A stretch of 18,989 nucleotides of DNA from Gemmatimonadales bacterium (GCA_041577295.1 JBFGJG010000066.1:1-18989), one strand, 5' to 3'. Numbered from the stretch's first letter, positions 8,582-16,716 are shown. Numbers and translations: made by a program. The notes: generated by a model from the sequence alone, not told the origin.

Positions 8582-9237
8582 CACGTGGGGTATCGGGCCT
8601 TGCGTGGCCCTCGGATGATCGCGTGAAGCTTGGTTATGAGCATGTCCACGGCCACCTCGTTGTGCCCACCCTCTGGCACGATGATGTCCGCGTTGCGTTT
8701 ACTGGGCTCGACGAACTCGAGGTGCATGGGCCGCACGGTGCGGAGATACTGTTGCACAACCGAATCGAGGGTGCGGCCGCGGTCGTGCATATCTCGCTGG
8801 AGGCGACGGATGAAGCTGATATCTGCATCGGTGTCCACGAACACCTTGATATCCATCATGGCACGGAGCTCCCGATCCGCGAGAATGAGAATCCCTTCCA
8901 GAATGATGGCGCGCCGAGGCTCAATCGTTTCGGTCTCGTACAGTCGAGCGTGATTGGTGAAGTCGTACACTGGCACCTCGACGGAGTGCCCGTCCTGTAG
9001 TGTCTTGAGGTGGGAGATGAGGAGGGGTGTCTCGAGCGCGTCGGGGTGGTCGTAGTTGATATCGACGCGCTCGTCGCGTGGCACGTCGCTCCGATCGTAA
9101 TAATAAGAATCGTGCTGAATGACGCTCACCTGCTCCGGCCCCAGACCACGAATGATTTCACGAACCACCGTCGTCTTGCCGGAGCCGGAGCCTCCGGCCA
9201 CGCCGATGATGATAGGACGATTGGCTGGCGCTGGCAT
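8581..9237 (-). CDS. udk: Uridine kinase
   Basis: IIIGVAGGSGSGKTT P-loop, HDSYY, NYDHPDA, PVYDF, ILEGIL, RRLQRD..DRGR, VRPMHLEFVEPSK and ADIIVP. GGAGA precedes ATG 9237. Confidence 0.96.
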   Translation of the reverse strand: MPAPANRPIIIGVAGGSGSGKTTVVREIIRGLGPEQVSVIQHDSYYYDRSDVPRDERVDINYDHPDALETPLLISHLKTLQDGHSVEVPVYDFTNHARLYETETIEPRRAIILEGILILADRELRAMMDIKVFVDTDADISFIRRLQRDMHDRGRTLDSVVQQYLRTVRPMHLEFVEPSKRNADIIVPEGGHNEVAVDMLITKLHAIIRGPRKARYPT

Positions 9238-9335
9238 TCGCTGATCTCCGATTGGAGCCCTCTCAACGTTAGGCGATGAGACTAAGGGCGGTAAGGCCGG
9301 GCGAGGTGGCAGAGAGCGGCACGTTCCCAGTCGCC

Positions 9336-10190
9336 TCAGGATCGGTGGTCGGACGCGTAGGTGATTGTAATCATCCAGTCCGGGTAATCTGGTGTCCGCT
9401 GTCGCAAGGCAGTGAGGAGACGCTGACGAAGGCCTGTTTCCAAGAGCGCTTGTTGGCCAGGCCACAGACGGATTTCGATCCTGAGATACCGCCAGCTATT
9501 GGGAGCCGTCTGTTGGACACCTCGCACGATCGGCTCGGCCCGAATGATCGCCGGGTGCTGACTGCGGAGGGATCGCACGATATGCATTACATCTTCTGTG
9601 CAGCCGGCTTCGTCACTGCTCGACGGCATCTGGACGTCGATCCGCGCTCGCAGCGACCCTCCGGGATACCGACCGACGAGGTTGATATTGCGGTTGGGAA
9701 TGTAGATCCGCCCGCCGTGGAGATTGGTGAGCGTCGTGAAACGGAGCCCGATTTGGTCGACCAGGCCTACCTGTCCCGAGATCTCAACCATGTCTCCCAA
9801 ATCCATCGCATCGGAAAACACGAGGGTGAGCCCGATCACGACATCCTGGACGAGTCCCTGTGAGCCGAATCCCACCGCGAGCCCGACCACTGACGCAGTT
9901 GCCAGGTAAGCCGTGAGCGAAATGTGGAGCTCACTCAGGATCAGCCCGAGGGCCACGAAGAAGATCGCAAATGTGACGGCGCTTGCCACCAGGCTGGTGA
10001 CCGTTGCGAGCTTGGGGTACCGGCGCGCAAAGTCCGCCCCGCCGGTTTTCGCCTCCGAGGGTCCGCGCACGAGACGCCTCGTGCCGCGTCGAACGACCTG
10101 GATCGCAAAGGCAGCAAACATCGCCAAGGCGGCGATGATGAGGATTCGCAGGGCTATGTGGAGATCGCGATAGATGTCAAGAAGGTTCAT
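9336..10190 (-). CDS. Small-conductance mechanosensitive channel family protein
   Basis: Three TM segments, pore helix VVGLAVGFGSQGLVQDVVIG and beta domain GDMVEISGQVGLVDQIGLRFTTL...IYIPN. SD GGAG is present. Confidence 0.92.
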   Translation of the reverse strand: MNLLDIYRDLHIALRILIIAALAMFAAFAIQVVRRGTRRLVRGPSEAKTGGADFARRYPKLATVTSLVASAVTFAIFFVALGLILSELHISLTAYLATASVVGLAVGFGSQGLVQDVVIGLTLVFSDAMDLGDMVEISGQVGLVDQIGLRFTTLTNLHGGRIYIPNRNINLVGRYPGGSLRARIDVQMPSSSDEAGCTEDVMHIVRSLRSQHPAIIRAEPIVRGVQQTAPNSWRYLRIEIRLWPGQQALLETGLRQRLLTALRQRTPDYPDWMITITYASDHRS

Positions 10191-10214
10191 GGAACTCCAG
10201 GAGCGCTGTTGGTA

Positions 10215-11378
10215 TCACTCCTTGCGTCGCGTGACGACGAGGACATCCCCTTCCAATCGCTGACGACGGTAACCCAGTAGATGGAAGATTTCGAGCGCGT
10301 ACCACTTGGCGGTGCGCCGGTTCACGATCACCGTGCCAGGGCGCTCCGGATCGCGGGTAACGCCAGGGAGCAGGTGAACGAGGGCGTCTGCGCGCATTCT
10401 GCGGAGTGCAGCCGAAACTGCAAGCCAAAACGGACGGAATTCTCGCATCACGAAAAAGCCGTCGTCCCCTTCATGCTGGTAGAGCGGCATCAGCAAACGT
10501 CCGCTCTGGGGAGTGCGCACGGGCCCACGACGATCGCGCGCCACCACTTGATCGGCCATGACCGGTTGAAAGCTGGCAAAACCCACTTCCATGCTGAACT
10601 CGTCGTCCTGCGAGATCGGATGGCGATACCGTACCTCGAGAACGCGTGGCACTCCCCGACTGATAGCCCGGAGGGTCTCCCGCGCAGCGCGGACCGGTGC
10701 GAGGCCGTCGTCCACGACGCCGCTCACCGCAAGTGCCATCCATGCGCAGGCTTCCAGATAATCGACCGACGCCGGGTCATCGTGTCGTCCACCTTCGAAG
10801 CCCATCGTGATCAACCCCTTGGTGTCCGCGAAGCTGAGGAAGGTGCCGTCGAGGTGCTCTTCGAGTCCGAGCACAATTGGCACTCCAAACGCGAGGGCGA
10901 ATGCCCGGTTACGCAGGGTGTCGCCGATGGTCGCGAACGGTGGCGAGTCGCCGGACGTGGTATGCAAGTCGACGATCGACACCGGACCGCGCGCGCGCTT
11001 CAGGATTGATCGGAACTCACTGAGGAGCTCAGCGGCCTCGACCGCCTCTGCATCGGCGGGACGACTAGCAACATGGCCGCTCCCCGACATGCCGGCCCAC
11101 ACGCGGTTGAGATCGCGATCGATGAAACGGCGTCCGGCCGCCAATGCTTGGCGATTCCCCGTGAGCGCGATGAACTCCCCCTGAATCGGCACGCCTTTCG
11201 CTAGCGTGTCCACGACACGCTGCAGCGCGTAGACCCCGGCTGGTTCGTTGCCATGGAGCGATCCGGTGCAGATCAGGGTTGGCCCTGCTCGCTCGCCGCG
11301 AATGCATCCGATGATGCGTCCGACACTTCCACCCGATGGCGAGGGAGGAGGGCGCCACCCGCCCAGTGCCGAGCTCAC
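10215..11378 (-). CDS. Succinylglutamate desuccinylase/aspartoacylase (AstE/AspA, M14-like) zinc amidohydrolase
   Basis: GSLHGNE (Zn ligands H and E), RFIDRDLNR, DLHTTS (third ligand) and FEGG (catalytic E). GTG 11378 overlaps the upstream TGA (GTGA) and follows a purine-rich SD. Confidence 0.9.
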   Translation of the reverse strand: MSSALGGWRPPPSPSGGSVGRIIGCIRGERAGPTLICTGSLHGNEPAGVYALQRVVDTLAKGVPIQGEFIALTGNRQALAAGRRFIDRDLNRVWAGMSGSGHVASRPADAEAVEAAELLSEFRSILKRARGPVSIVDLHTTSGDSPPFATIGDTLRNRAFALAFGVPIVLGLEEHLDGTFLSFADTKGLITMGFEGGRHDDPASVDYLEACAWMALAVSGVVDDGLAPVRAARETLRAISRGVPRVLEVRYRHPISQDDEFSMEVGFASFQPVMADQVVARDRRGPVRTPQSGRLLMPLYQHEGDDGFFVMREFRPFWLAVSAALRRMRADALVHLLPGVTRDPERPGTVIVNRRTAKWYALEIFHLLGYRRQRLEGDVLVVTRRKE

Positions 11379-13291
11379 TCCTCTCCCAGCTTCTCTTCCA
11401 ACAGGCGCTCCGCAATCGGTACCAAGTCGTCCGCGGTGAGAATACCCACCAGCTGATCGTTCTTGACCACGGGAAGACAGGTGATGCGATTTGTCCGCAT
11501 GAGGTGGATCGCTTCGAGCGTCGGGGTTTCGGGCGTGATGGTGATCGGGTGGGGGTCCATGATCTCTCTCACGGGAATGGCGGATTCGTCGGCATGGCAT
11601 CCGGCCAGGCGACGAAGCACGGCACCGTAGCTGACGAGACCGACTAGTCGGCGCTGCTCGTTCTCTACGGGGATCTGTCGCACGCGCTTCCAGTCCATGA
11701 CGAGCGCCGCAAGATCGATCACCTCGTCTTCTTTCACCGTGAAGAGGTCAGTAGTCATGAATTGTTCGACACGAAGGTAGTTGTATCGCCACCCGCCGCC
11801 CTCCCTGATGGATGCCGGAGCCCACTCGTGGGCAGGGTGGCCCGACCGTTGTTGGCGAATCATGGATGCGGTCAGGGCGGCCATGCGCTCTGAGCGCGTA
11901 CCCGAACGCCCCATCTTGGCCAGGGAATGTTCCAGCCACCACGCTCCAGTGCGGCGCGTGCGGACCCGCTCCTCGATGACGCCGAGATACTGACGGCGCT
12001 CGTCATCCTCCACACCTGCTGCTTCGAGTCCCTGATACGCCACCGGAAGGAGTTCCTGCAGGATCAGCTCGGGGGCACTTACGGACGCGTGCCCCATCCA
12101 GGTGAATCCGGCCTTCAGTCCACGGCGGGCAGCCGCTACAAAGTTAGCGCGTGCATCGTCGAAGTCCATGCGCTCTCGTACATCGCTCCAGGCGCGCCGT
12201 CCACCCAACATCAGGCCGAGCCAGAAGGCGGTGTTGGCCACCTCGTCGAGGATCGTGGGTCCGGCCGGGAGCGCACGACACTCGATCCGCAAATGCGGTC
12301 TTTGGCCCGTGATGCCGTAGCACGGGCGATTCCAGCGATAGACGGTGCTGTTGTAGAGTTGGAGCGCGCGGAGCTCGGGGACCTTGCCGGCGTCGAGTTG
12401 TGCGAACGGATCCTCGTCTATTTCAGCGCCCAAGAGCGCCGGAATCCGGGCAATATCCTCTTGGTAGAGCTCAACGACCGAGGCGTTGGTCCATCCTTCG
12501 CCGAACCGTACCCGGGGTGTGACGTCCCTCAGGTGGGGCGTCGCGCCCCTCGTATCGATGGATCGCTGGAAGAGCGCGATCCGTGTCTCCGCCCAGAGGC
12601 GCTTTCCAAAGAGCAACGGCGAGTTCACCGCCGCGGCGAGTACCGGTGCGATGATGGCTTGGGCAAGGTTGTGGAGTGGTGCGAACTCGTCGGGCGAAAC
12701 CTGCAGGTGGAGCTGGAGGCTGGTGTTGCATCCCTCGAACATTACGGAGTCGTGCTCCAAATGCAGCTCGTCCGTCCCCTGAATGTAGATTCGGTAACAT
12801 CCACCCCCGGTCCGGCGCAACGCCTCATCCAGGGCGGCGTAGCGACTGCGTGGTGTCATGTTGGCCAGCGCGAGATCAGATCGGTGCAGCGTCGGGAGGA
12901 TGCCCGTGAGAACCACGTCGGCTTCGCGGTGCCTGTGGGCGTGCTCGGCCACCTGATTGATCAGCGCATTGAGGGTTTCCTCGAGCCGGCGAAGAACGCC
13001 CGGCCCAATGATCAGCGGACTCAGATTCAGCTCGAGGTTGAACTTCGCCAGCTCAGTGGTGAGTTCCTGCATCTCCGGCAACGCCTCGAGCAGCTCCATG
13101 GCGAGTGGTGCCGGTCGCCGTCCCCGATTGACCAGAAAGAGCTCCTGTTCGACACCCAGCCTCCGTGTGTCGGCCTCGAACATGTCACTCTGGATCATGC
13201 GATCGAGCGCCCGCACGTCATTCAAAAGGGCACGGGTGAACGTGCGGAATTGGCCAGGATTCAGATGCGTGCTTACGTCTTGGCGGCCCAT
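11375..13291 (-). CDS. Glutamate-cysteine ligase family 2 (carboxylate-amine ligase) fused to a C-terminal CBS pair
   Basis: GVEQE, TELAKFNLELN, SLQLHLQV, YRWNRP and LRIECR are GCS/GS-fold metal and ATP motifs. The last ~130 aa are two CBS repeats (VEQFMTTDLFTV...LVGLVS; VREIMDPHPITI...LPVV...LVGILT). Confidence 0.9.
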   Translation of the reverse strand: MGRQDVSTHLNPGQFRTFTRALLNDVRALDRMIQSDMFEADTRRLGVEQELFLVNRGRRPAPLAMELLEALPEMQELTTELAKFNLELNLSPLIIGPGVLRRLEETLNALINQVAEHAHRHREADVVLTGILPTLHRSDLALANMTPRSRYAALDEALRRTGGGCYRIYIQGTDELHLEHDSVMFEGCNTSLQLHLQVSPDEFAPLHNLAQAIIAPVLAAAVNSPLLFGKRLWAETRIALFQRSIDTRGATPHLRDVTPRVRFGEGWTNASVVELYQEDIARIPALLGAEIDEDPFAQLDAGKVPELRALQLYNSTVYRWNRPCYGITGQRPHLRIECRALPAGPTILDEVANTAFWLGLMLGGRRAWSDVRERMDFDDARANFVAAARRGLKAGFTWMGHASVSAPELILQELLPVAYQGLEAAGVEDDERRQYLGVIEERVRTRRTGAWWLEHSLAKMGRSGTRSERMAALTASMIRQQRSGHPAHEWAPASIREGGGWRYNYLRVEQFMTTDLFTVKEDEVIDLAALVMDWKRVRQIPVENEQRRLVGLVSYGAVLRRLAGCHADESAIPVREIMDPHPITITPETPTLEAIHLMRTNRITCLPVVKNDQLVGILTADDLVPIAERLLEEKLGEE

Positions 13292-13383
13292 CGGCCTGCT
13301 CGTTCTCGTTGTGGACGGGGACGGGGAATTGTAGCGAGAGCGGCCACAGCGGTCCGTGAAGAAGGGCTAAGGATTCTTTTAAG

Positions 13384-13932
13384 GTGACGGTGTTTACTGT
13401 CGGTCACTCGACACACACAGCGGAAGCATTTCTCAAACTCCTACGGGAAGCTGCGGTAGGTGTGCTGATGGATGTGCGCCGGTTCCCGGGTTCACGTCGC
13501 CATCCGCAGTTTGGTCGCGCGGCGTTGTACGAGCTGCTGCGCGGAGCCGGCATTGGATATATCCACGAGCCCGATCTCGGCGGTCGCCGCTCCGCCCTCC
13601 CGGACTCCACCAATACGGGACTCACCGTCGCCGGCTTTCGAGGGTACGCCGATTACATGCAGACGGATTCATTTCGCGCGGCGCTAGCCGGTCTCATGGA
13701 GGTCGCGAAGCGGACTCCCACCGTCATCATGTGCGCGGAGGCCGTCCCTTGGCGTTGCCACCGGCAGTTCATCGCCGATCAGCTGGTGGCTCGCCGGATT
13801 GAGGTGCGCCACATTATAGGGCCGGGACAGAGCACGTTGCACTCGCTGCACCCCGCCGCCCGAGTGACCAGCAACGGTGGGGTCTGCTATCCAGGGGCGC
13901 AGCCCGGGCTCTTTGGAGACGAAGAGCCGTAG
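13384..13932 (+). CDS. DUF488-family protein
   Basis: VFTVGHS, DVRRFPGSR, LGGRR, FRGYADYM and MCAEAVPWRCHR motifs. Confidence 0.88.
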   Translation: MTVFTVGHSTHTAEAFLKLLREAAVGVLMDVRRFPGSRRHPQFGRAALYELLRGAGIGYIHEPDLGGRRSALPDSTNTGLTVAGFRGYADYMQTDSFRAALAGLMEVAKRTPTVIMCAEAVPWRCHRQFIADQLVARRIEVRHIIGPGQSTLHSLHPAARVTSNGGVCYPGAQPGLFGDEEP

Positions 13933-13962
13933 AAGAAAAGGCCCCGCGTGCGCGGGGCCTTT
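13931..13962 (-). terminator. Intrinsic terminator, probably bidirectional and stronger for the ferredoxin
   Basis: Perfect inverted repeat AAAGGCCCCGCG-TG-CGCGGGGCCTTT (13937-13962). The GC stem is followed by TTTTCTTCT on the minus strand and TTT on the plus strand. Confidence 0.88.
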
Positions 13963-13987
13963 GGCGTTGCTGAGACGTTCGGTAATG

Positions 13988-14260
13988 TCAGGCTTGCCTT
14001 CCCTGCGCCACCTGCCGCTCTTCACCCGTCTCGAAGAACTCGCGGTTCTTGGCGATGTAGTTCTTCCATTCCTCAGGTGTGTCTTCCTCGGGGAAGATTG
14101 CGGTCACCGGGCACTCCGGCTCGCACGCCCCGCAGTCGATACACTCATCGGGATGGATATAGAGCATGTCCGGCCCCTCGTAGATGCAATCGACGGGACA
14201 AACGTCGACGCACCCTCGGTCCTTTACGTCAATGCAGGGCTCGGCAATGATGTAAGTCAT
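13988..14260 (-). CDS. fdxA: 7Fe-type ([3Fe-4S]/[4Fe-4S]) ferredoxin
   Basis: C-x7-C-x3-CP ([14 protein letters not shown]) plus CxxCxxCxxxCP ([12 protein letters not shown]) and the C-terminal PEEW..YI..N.EFF helix. SD AGGAG is present. Confidence 0.95.
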   Translation of the reverse strand: MTYIIAEPCIDVKDRGCVDVCPVDCIYEGPDMLYIHPDECIDCGACEPECPVTAIFPEEDTPEEWKNYIAKNREFFETGEERQVAQGRQA

Positions 14261-14301
14261 AGTTTACGACTCCTGGTGCATATTCCCACAATACCCGGCG
14301 C

Positions 14302-14330
14302 AATGTGACCCGGCCTAGTTTGGCTGTCAA
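14302..14330 (-). promoter_or_regulatory. Putative sigma70 promoter for the ferredoxin
   Basis: The minus strand reads TTGACA, 17 nt, CACATT. Confidence 0.6.
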
Positions 14331-14346
14331 GCCACTCTGTGATTGG

Positions 14347-14375
14347 TTGCCCACGGCGACAGGCTAGGGCATTTT
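14347..14375 (+). promoter_or_regulatory. Putative sigma70 promoter giving a leaderless transcript
   Basis: TTGCCC, 17 nt, CATTTT, ending 7 nt before ATG 14383. There is no SD before this ATG. Confidence 0.45.
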
Positions 14376-14382
14376 TCGTTCC

Positions 14383-15315
14383 ATGCGCATCGTCTCTTTG
14401 CTCGCGAGCGGTACGGAAATAGTCTGCGGGCTCGGGTTGGGGAAGCAGCTCGTGGGCATCTCACACGAATGCGACTTTCCGCCTGAGGCGCTCGACAAGC
14501 CGCGGGTGAGCCGGCCGCGTTTCAATCCGGACGGGATGGCCAGTGCGGAGATCGACGGCTCGGTCCGTGCGGCCATGGCGCAGTACGGCAGCGTGTACGA
14601 GTTGGACGCCGCGCTGCTGAAAGACCTTCGACCGGACCTCGTGCTCTCGCAGGCCGTGTGCGACGTGTGCGCGGTGCCAACGTCGCTCGCTCAGGAGGGG
14701 GTCGCGGCGCTCGACGGTGCGGCCACCGTGCTCTCGCTGGATGCGCACGACGTTGGCGGTGTGTTGACGACTATTGAGCGCGTCGCTGCCGCAGCGGGGG
14801 CGGGGGAGCGCGCCGAACGGTATCTAGCATCGCTCACCGCGCGGATCTCGGCGGTCGCGGCGTTCACAGCCGGAGCGCGACGACCGACGGTGCTCGCCGT
14901 CGAGTGGCTCGCGCCCCCTTTCGTTCCCGGTCACTGGACACCGGAGATGATCGAGATCGCCGGTGGGGAATGCCTGAGGGGCGAGACCGGGAGACCCTCC
15001 CGTGAAGTGACTTGGGAGGAACTACGGAAACTCGACCCGGAGGTGTTGCTCATCATGCCGTGCGGGTACGGACTTGAGCAGGCCCGGGTGGATGCGGACC
15101 ACGCGGCCGAGCGGCTCACGGCGGTCGCCCCTGCGGCAGTCGAGACTGGGCGCGCGTTCGTGCTGGATGGTTCATCCTATTTCAATCGGTCCGGTCCGCG
15201 CATTGTCGACGGGATCGAGATCCTGGCAACACTGCTTCATCCAGAGCGGTTTCCCGATTACGATGTCAGCGGATGTGCAGAGACCTGGCGGCCCACTGCC
15301 CCGTCGAACGGCTGA
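14383..15315 (+). CDS. BtuF-like helical-backbone binding protein without a signal peptide
   Basis: It starts directly at MRIVSLLASGTEIV. Motifs are VGISHECDFP, LRPDLVLSQAVCDVC, EWLAPPF..GHW and FNRSGPR. No hydrophobic leader is present. Confidence 0.85.
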   Translation: MRIVSLLASGTEIVCGLGLGKQLVGISHECDFPPEALDKPRVSRPRFNPDGMASAEIDGSVRAAMAQYGSVYELDAALLKDLRPDLVLSQAVCDVCAVPTSLAQEGVAALDGAATVLSLDAHDVGGVLTTIERVAAAAGAGERAERYLASLTARISAVAAFTAGARRPTVLAVEWLAPPFVPGHWTPEMIEIAGGECLRGETGRPSREVTWEELRKLDPEVLLIMPCGYGLEQARVDADHAAERLTAVAPAAVETGRAFVLDGSSYFNRSGPRIVDGIEILATLLHPERFPDYDVSGCAETWRPTAPSNG

Positions 15316-15363
15316 GGGTGGCTGAGACGACGGTGGTCTAACGAGAGAGAAAGGAGTCACAGC

Positions 15364-15792
15364 TTGCGATACAATCCGATACTCGTACAGCCGATGCGAG
15401 AAGAGCTAACGACAATCGGCTTTCAGGAGCTACGGACGCCGGAGGACGTCGACGAGTTCATGAAGCACCATGAGGGGACGACGCTGCTCGTCGTCAACTC
15501 GGTGTGCGGGTGCGCCGCCGGCAAGGCGCGGCCCGGTATTGCGCTCGCGCTGCGCCATCAAGTGCTCCCCGATCGTCTGGCGACGGTGTTCGCGGGCATG
15601 GAGATCGAGGCGACCGACCGCGCACGGCAACACTTTCTGGGATATTCTCCATCGTCGCCCCAGATCGCGCTGTTCAAGGATGGGGAGCTCGTGCACATGC
15701 TCGAGCGACGGGATATCGAGGGTCGGGATGCCGATGCCATCGCGGCCGATTTGACCGCTGCGTTCGACAAGCACTGCGCCGCGGTCGGGTAG
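15364..15792 (+). CDS. BrxA/BrxB (YphP/YqiW) family bacilliredoxin
   Basis: PMREELT..GFQEL, VVNSVCGCAAGKARP (CGC active site), TVFAG, PSSPQIALFKDG and R.DIEG. The TTG start follows AAGGAG. Confidence 0.93.
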   Translation: MRYNPILVQPMREELTTIGFQELRTPEDVDEFMKHHEGTTLLVVNSVCGCAAGKARPGIALALRHQVLPDRLATVFAGMEIEATDRARQHFLGYSPSSPQIALFKDGELVHMLERRDIEGRDADAIAADLTAAFDKHCAAVG

Positions 15793-15820
15793 CGTCCTCC
15801 TGGCGCCGCGGGAACGGCTG

Positions 15821-16570
15821 GTGATTGGCCACCGCGGTGCGGCCGGCGACTTTCCCGAGAACACCATGACCTCCTTCGAGCAGGCGTTCGCCCAGGGGGC
15901 CGACGCGGTGGAGCTGGACGTTCGCCTGAGCAGCGATGCGGTTCCGATGGTGATTCACGATGCGACCCTCGAGCGCACCACAGACGGTCATGGCCCGGTG
16001 GCCGCCCTCCCGGCTGAAGGCCTTTCCCAGATCGACGCGGGGCAGGGTCAGGGCATCCCCAGGTTGTCGGATGTCCTGGAAGCATTTCCCACGGCGCCGT
16101 TGATCATTGAAATAAAGGAAAGGGCCGCCGGTCCTCCCGTTGCGGCACTCCTGCGCCACCATAATGCCACCAACCGTGTGCTGGTGGGTTCGTTCCAGCG
16201 AGCGGCGCTGCGTCCGTTCGATGACGGCGAGATCCCGCGCGCGGCGGCGCGGCGCGAGGCCGCGTGGTTTTGGGGGTGGGCGCGGCTCGGTTGGGCCGTA
16301 TCCCTGAGCCGGTGCGCGGCGTTCACCGTACCGGAGTGGTATCGTGTGCTCCACGTCGTGGACGATCGGTTTCTCGCCGCCGCGCGTCGACGGAGCCTAC
16401 CAGTACACGTGTGGACGGTAAACGAGCCGACGGACGCGCTCCGGCTGTGGAGCGTCGGGGTCAATGGGGTCATCACCGACTATCCTCGCAGGATGCGCGA
16501 TGCTCGTTCGACCGCGTCCCCGGGGAACGGGCCGACGGACCCGGGCGCAGGGCGCCCCCGACCGTTATAA
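15821..16570 (+). CDS. Glycerophosphodiester phosphodiesterase family protein (start uncertain)
   Basis: IGHRGA, PENT, ELDV, VIHD, IEIK, VWTVN and GVITDYP motifs. Confidence 0.92.
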   Translation: MIGHRGAAGDFPENTMTSFEQAFAQGADAVELDVRLSSDAVPMVIHDATLERTTDGHGPVAALPAEGLSQIDAGQGQGIPRLSDVLEAFPTAPLIIEIKERAAGPPVAALLRHHNATNRVLVGSFQRAALRPFDDGEIPRAAARREAAWFWGWARLGWAVSLSRCAAFTVPEWYRVLHVVDDRFLAAARRRSLPVHVWTVNEPTDALRLWSVGVNGVITDYPRRMRDARSTASPGNGPTDPGAGRPRPL

Positions 16571-16716
16571 TGAAGTCTGCCAATCCTTTTCTCACTGCCG
16601 TGCCGATCGTCCTGTTGGCCATGGCACGAGGTAGGATCGTGCTGGTGCGGGGGTGCGTCGATCGTCATCAGTATCGAGGGCGTTAGGAGGTCGGGACGGC
16701 GTCTGTTGCTTGGTGG

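Noticed and set aside
9238..9465. Long N-terminal extension of udk, or a PyrR-type attenuator in the leader
   Set aside because: The extension overlaps mscS and is Pro/Arg-rich junk. I see no PyrR-binding loop or terminator, only a weak CTCC-AATC-GGAG hairpin over the SD.
11379..11600. N-terminal extension of the deacylase overlapping the CBS domains
   Set aside because: It is an off-frame read of the ligase 3' end. GTG 11378 has an SD and a GTGA overlap.
11927..13387. 486-aa plus-strand ORF
   Set aside because: It is an antisense shadow of the GCS2-CBS gene. It has no recognisable motifs, and long shadow ORFs are expected at high GC.
8198..15513. Shared CGC tripeptide in the lipoprotein and the bacilliredoxin as a functional link
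   Set aside because: The folds and compartments differ, and a three-residue match is expected by chance.
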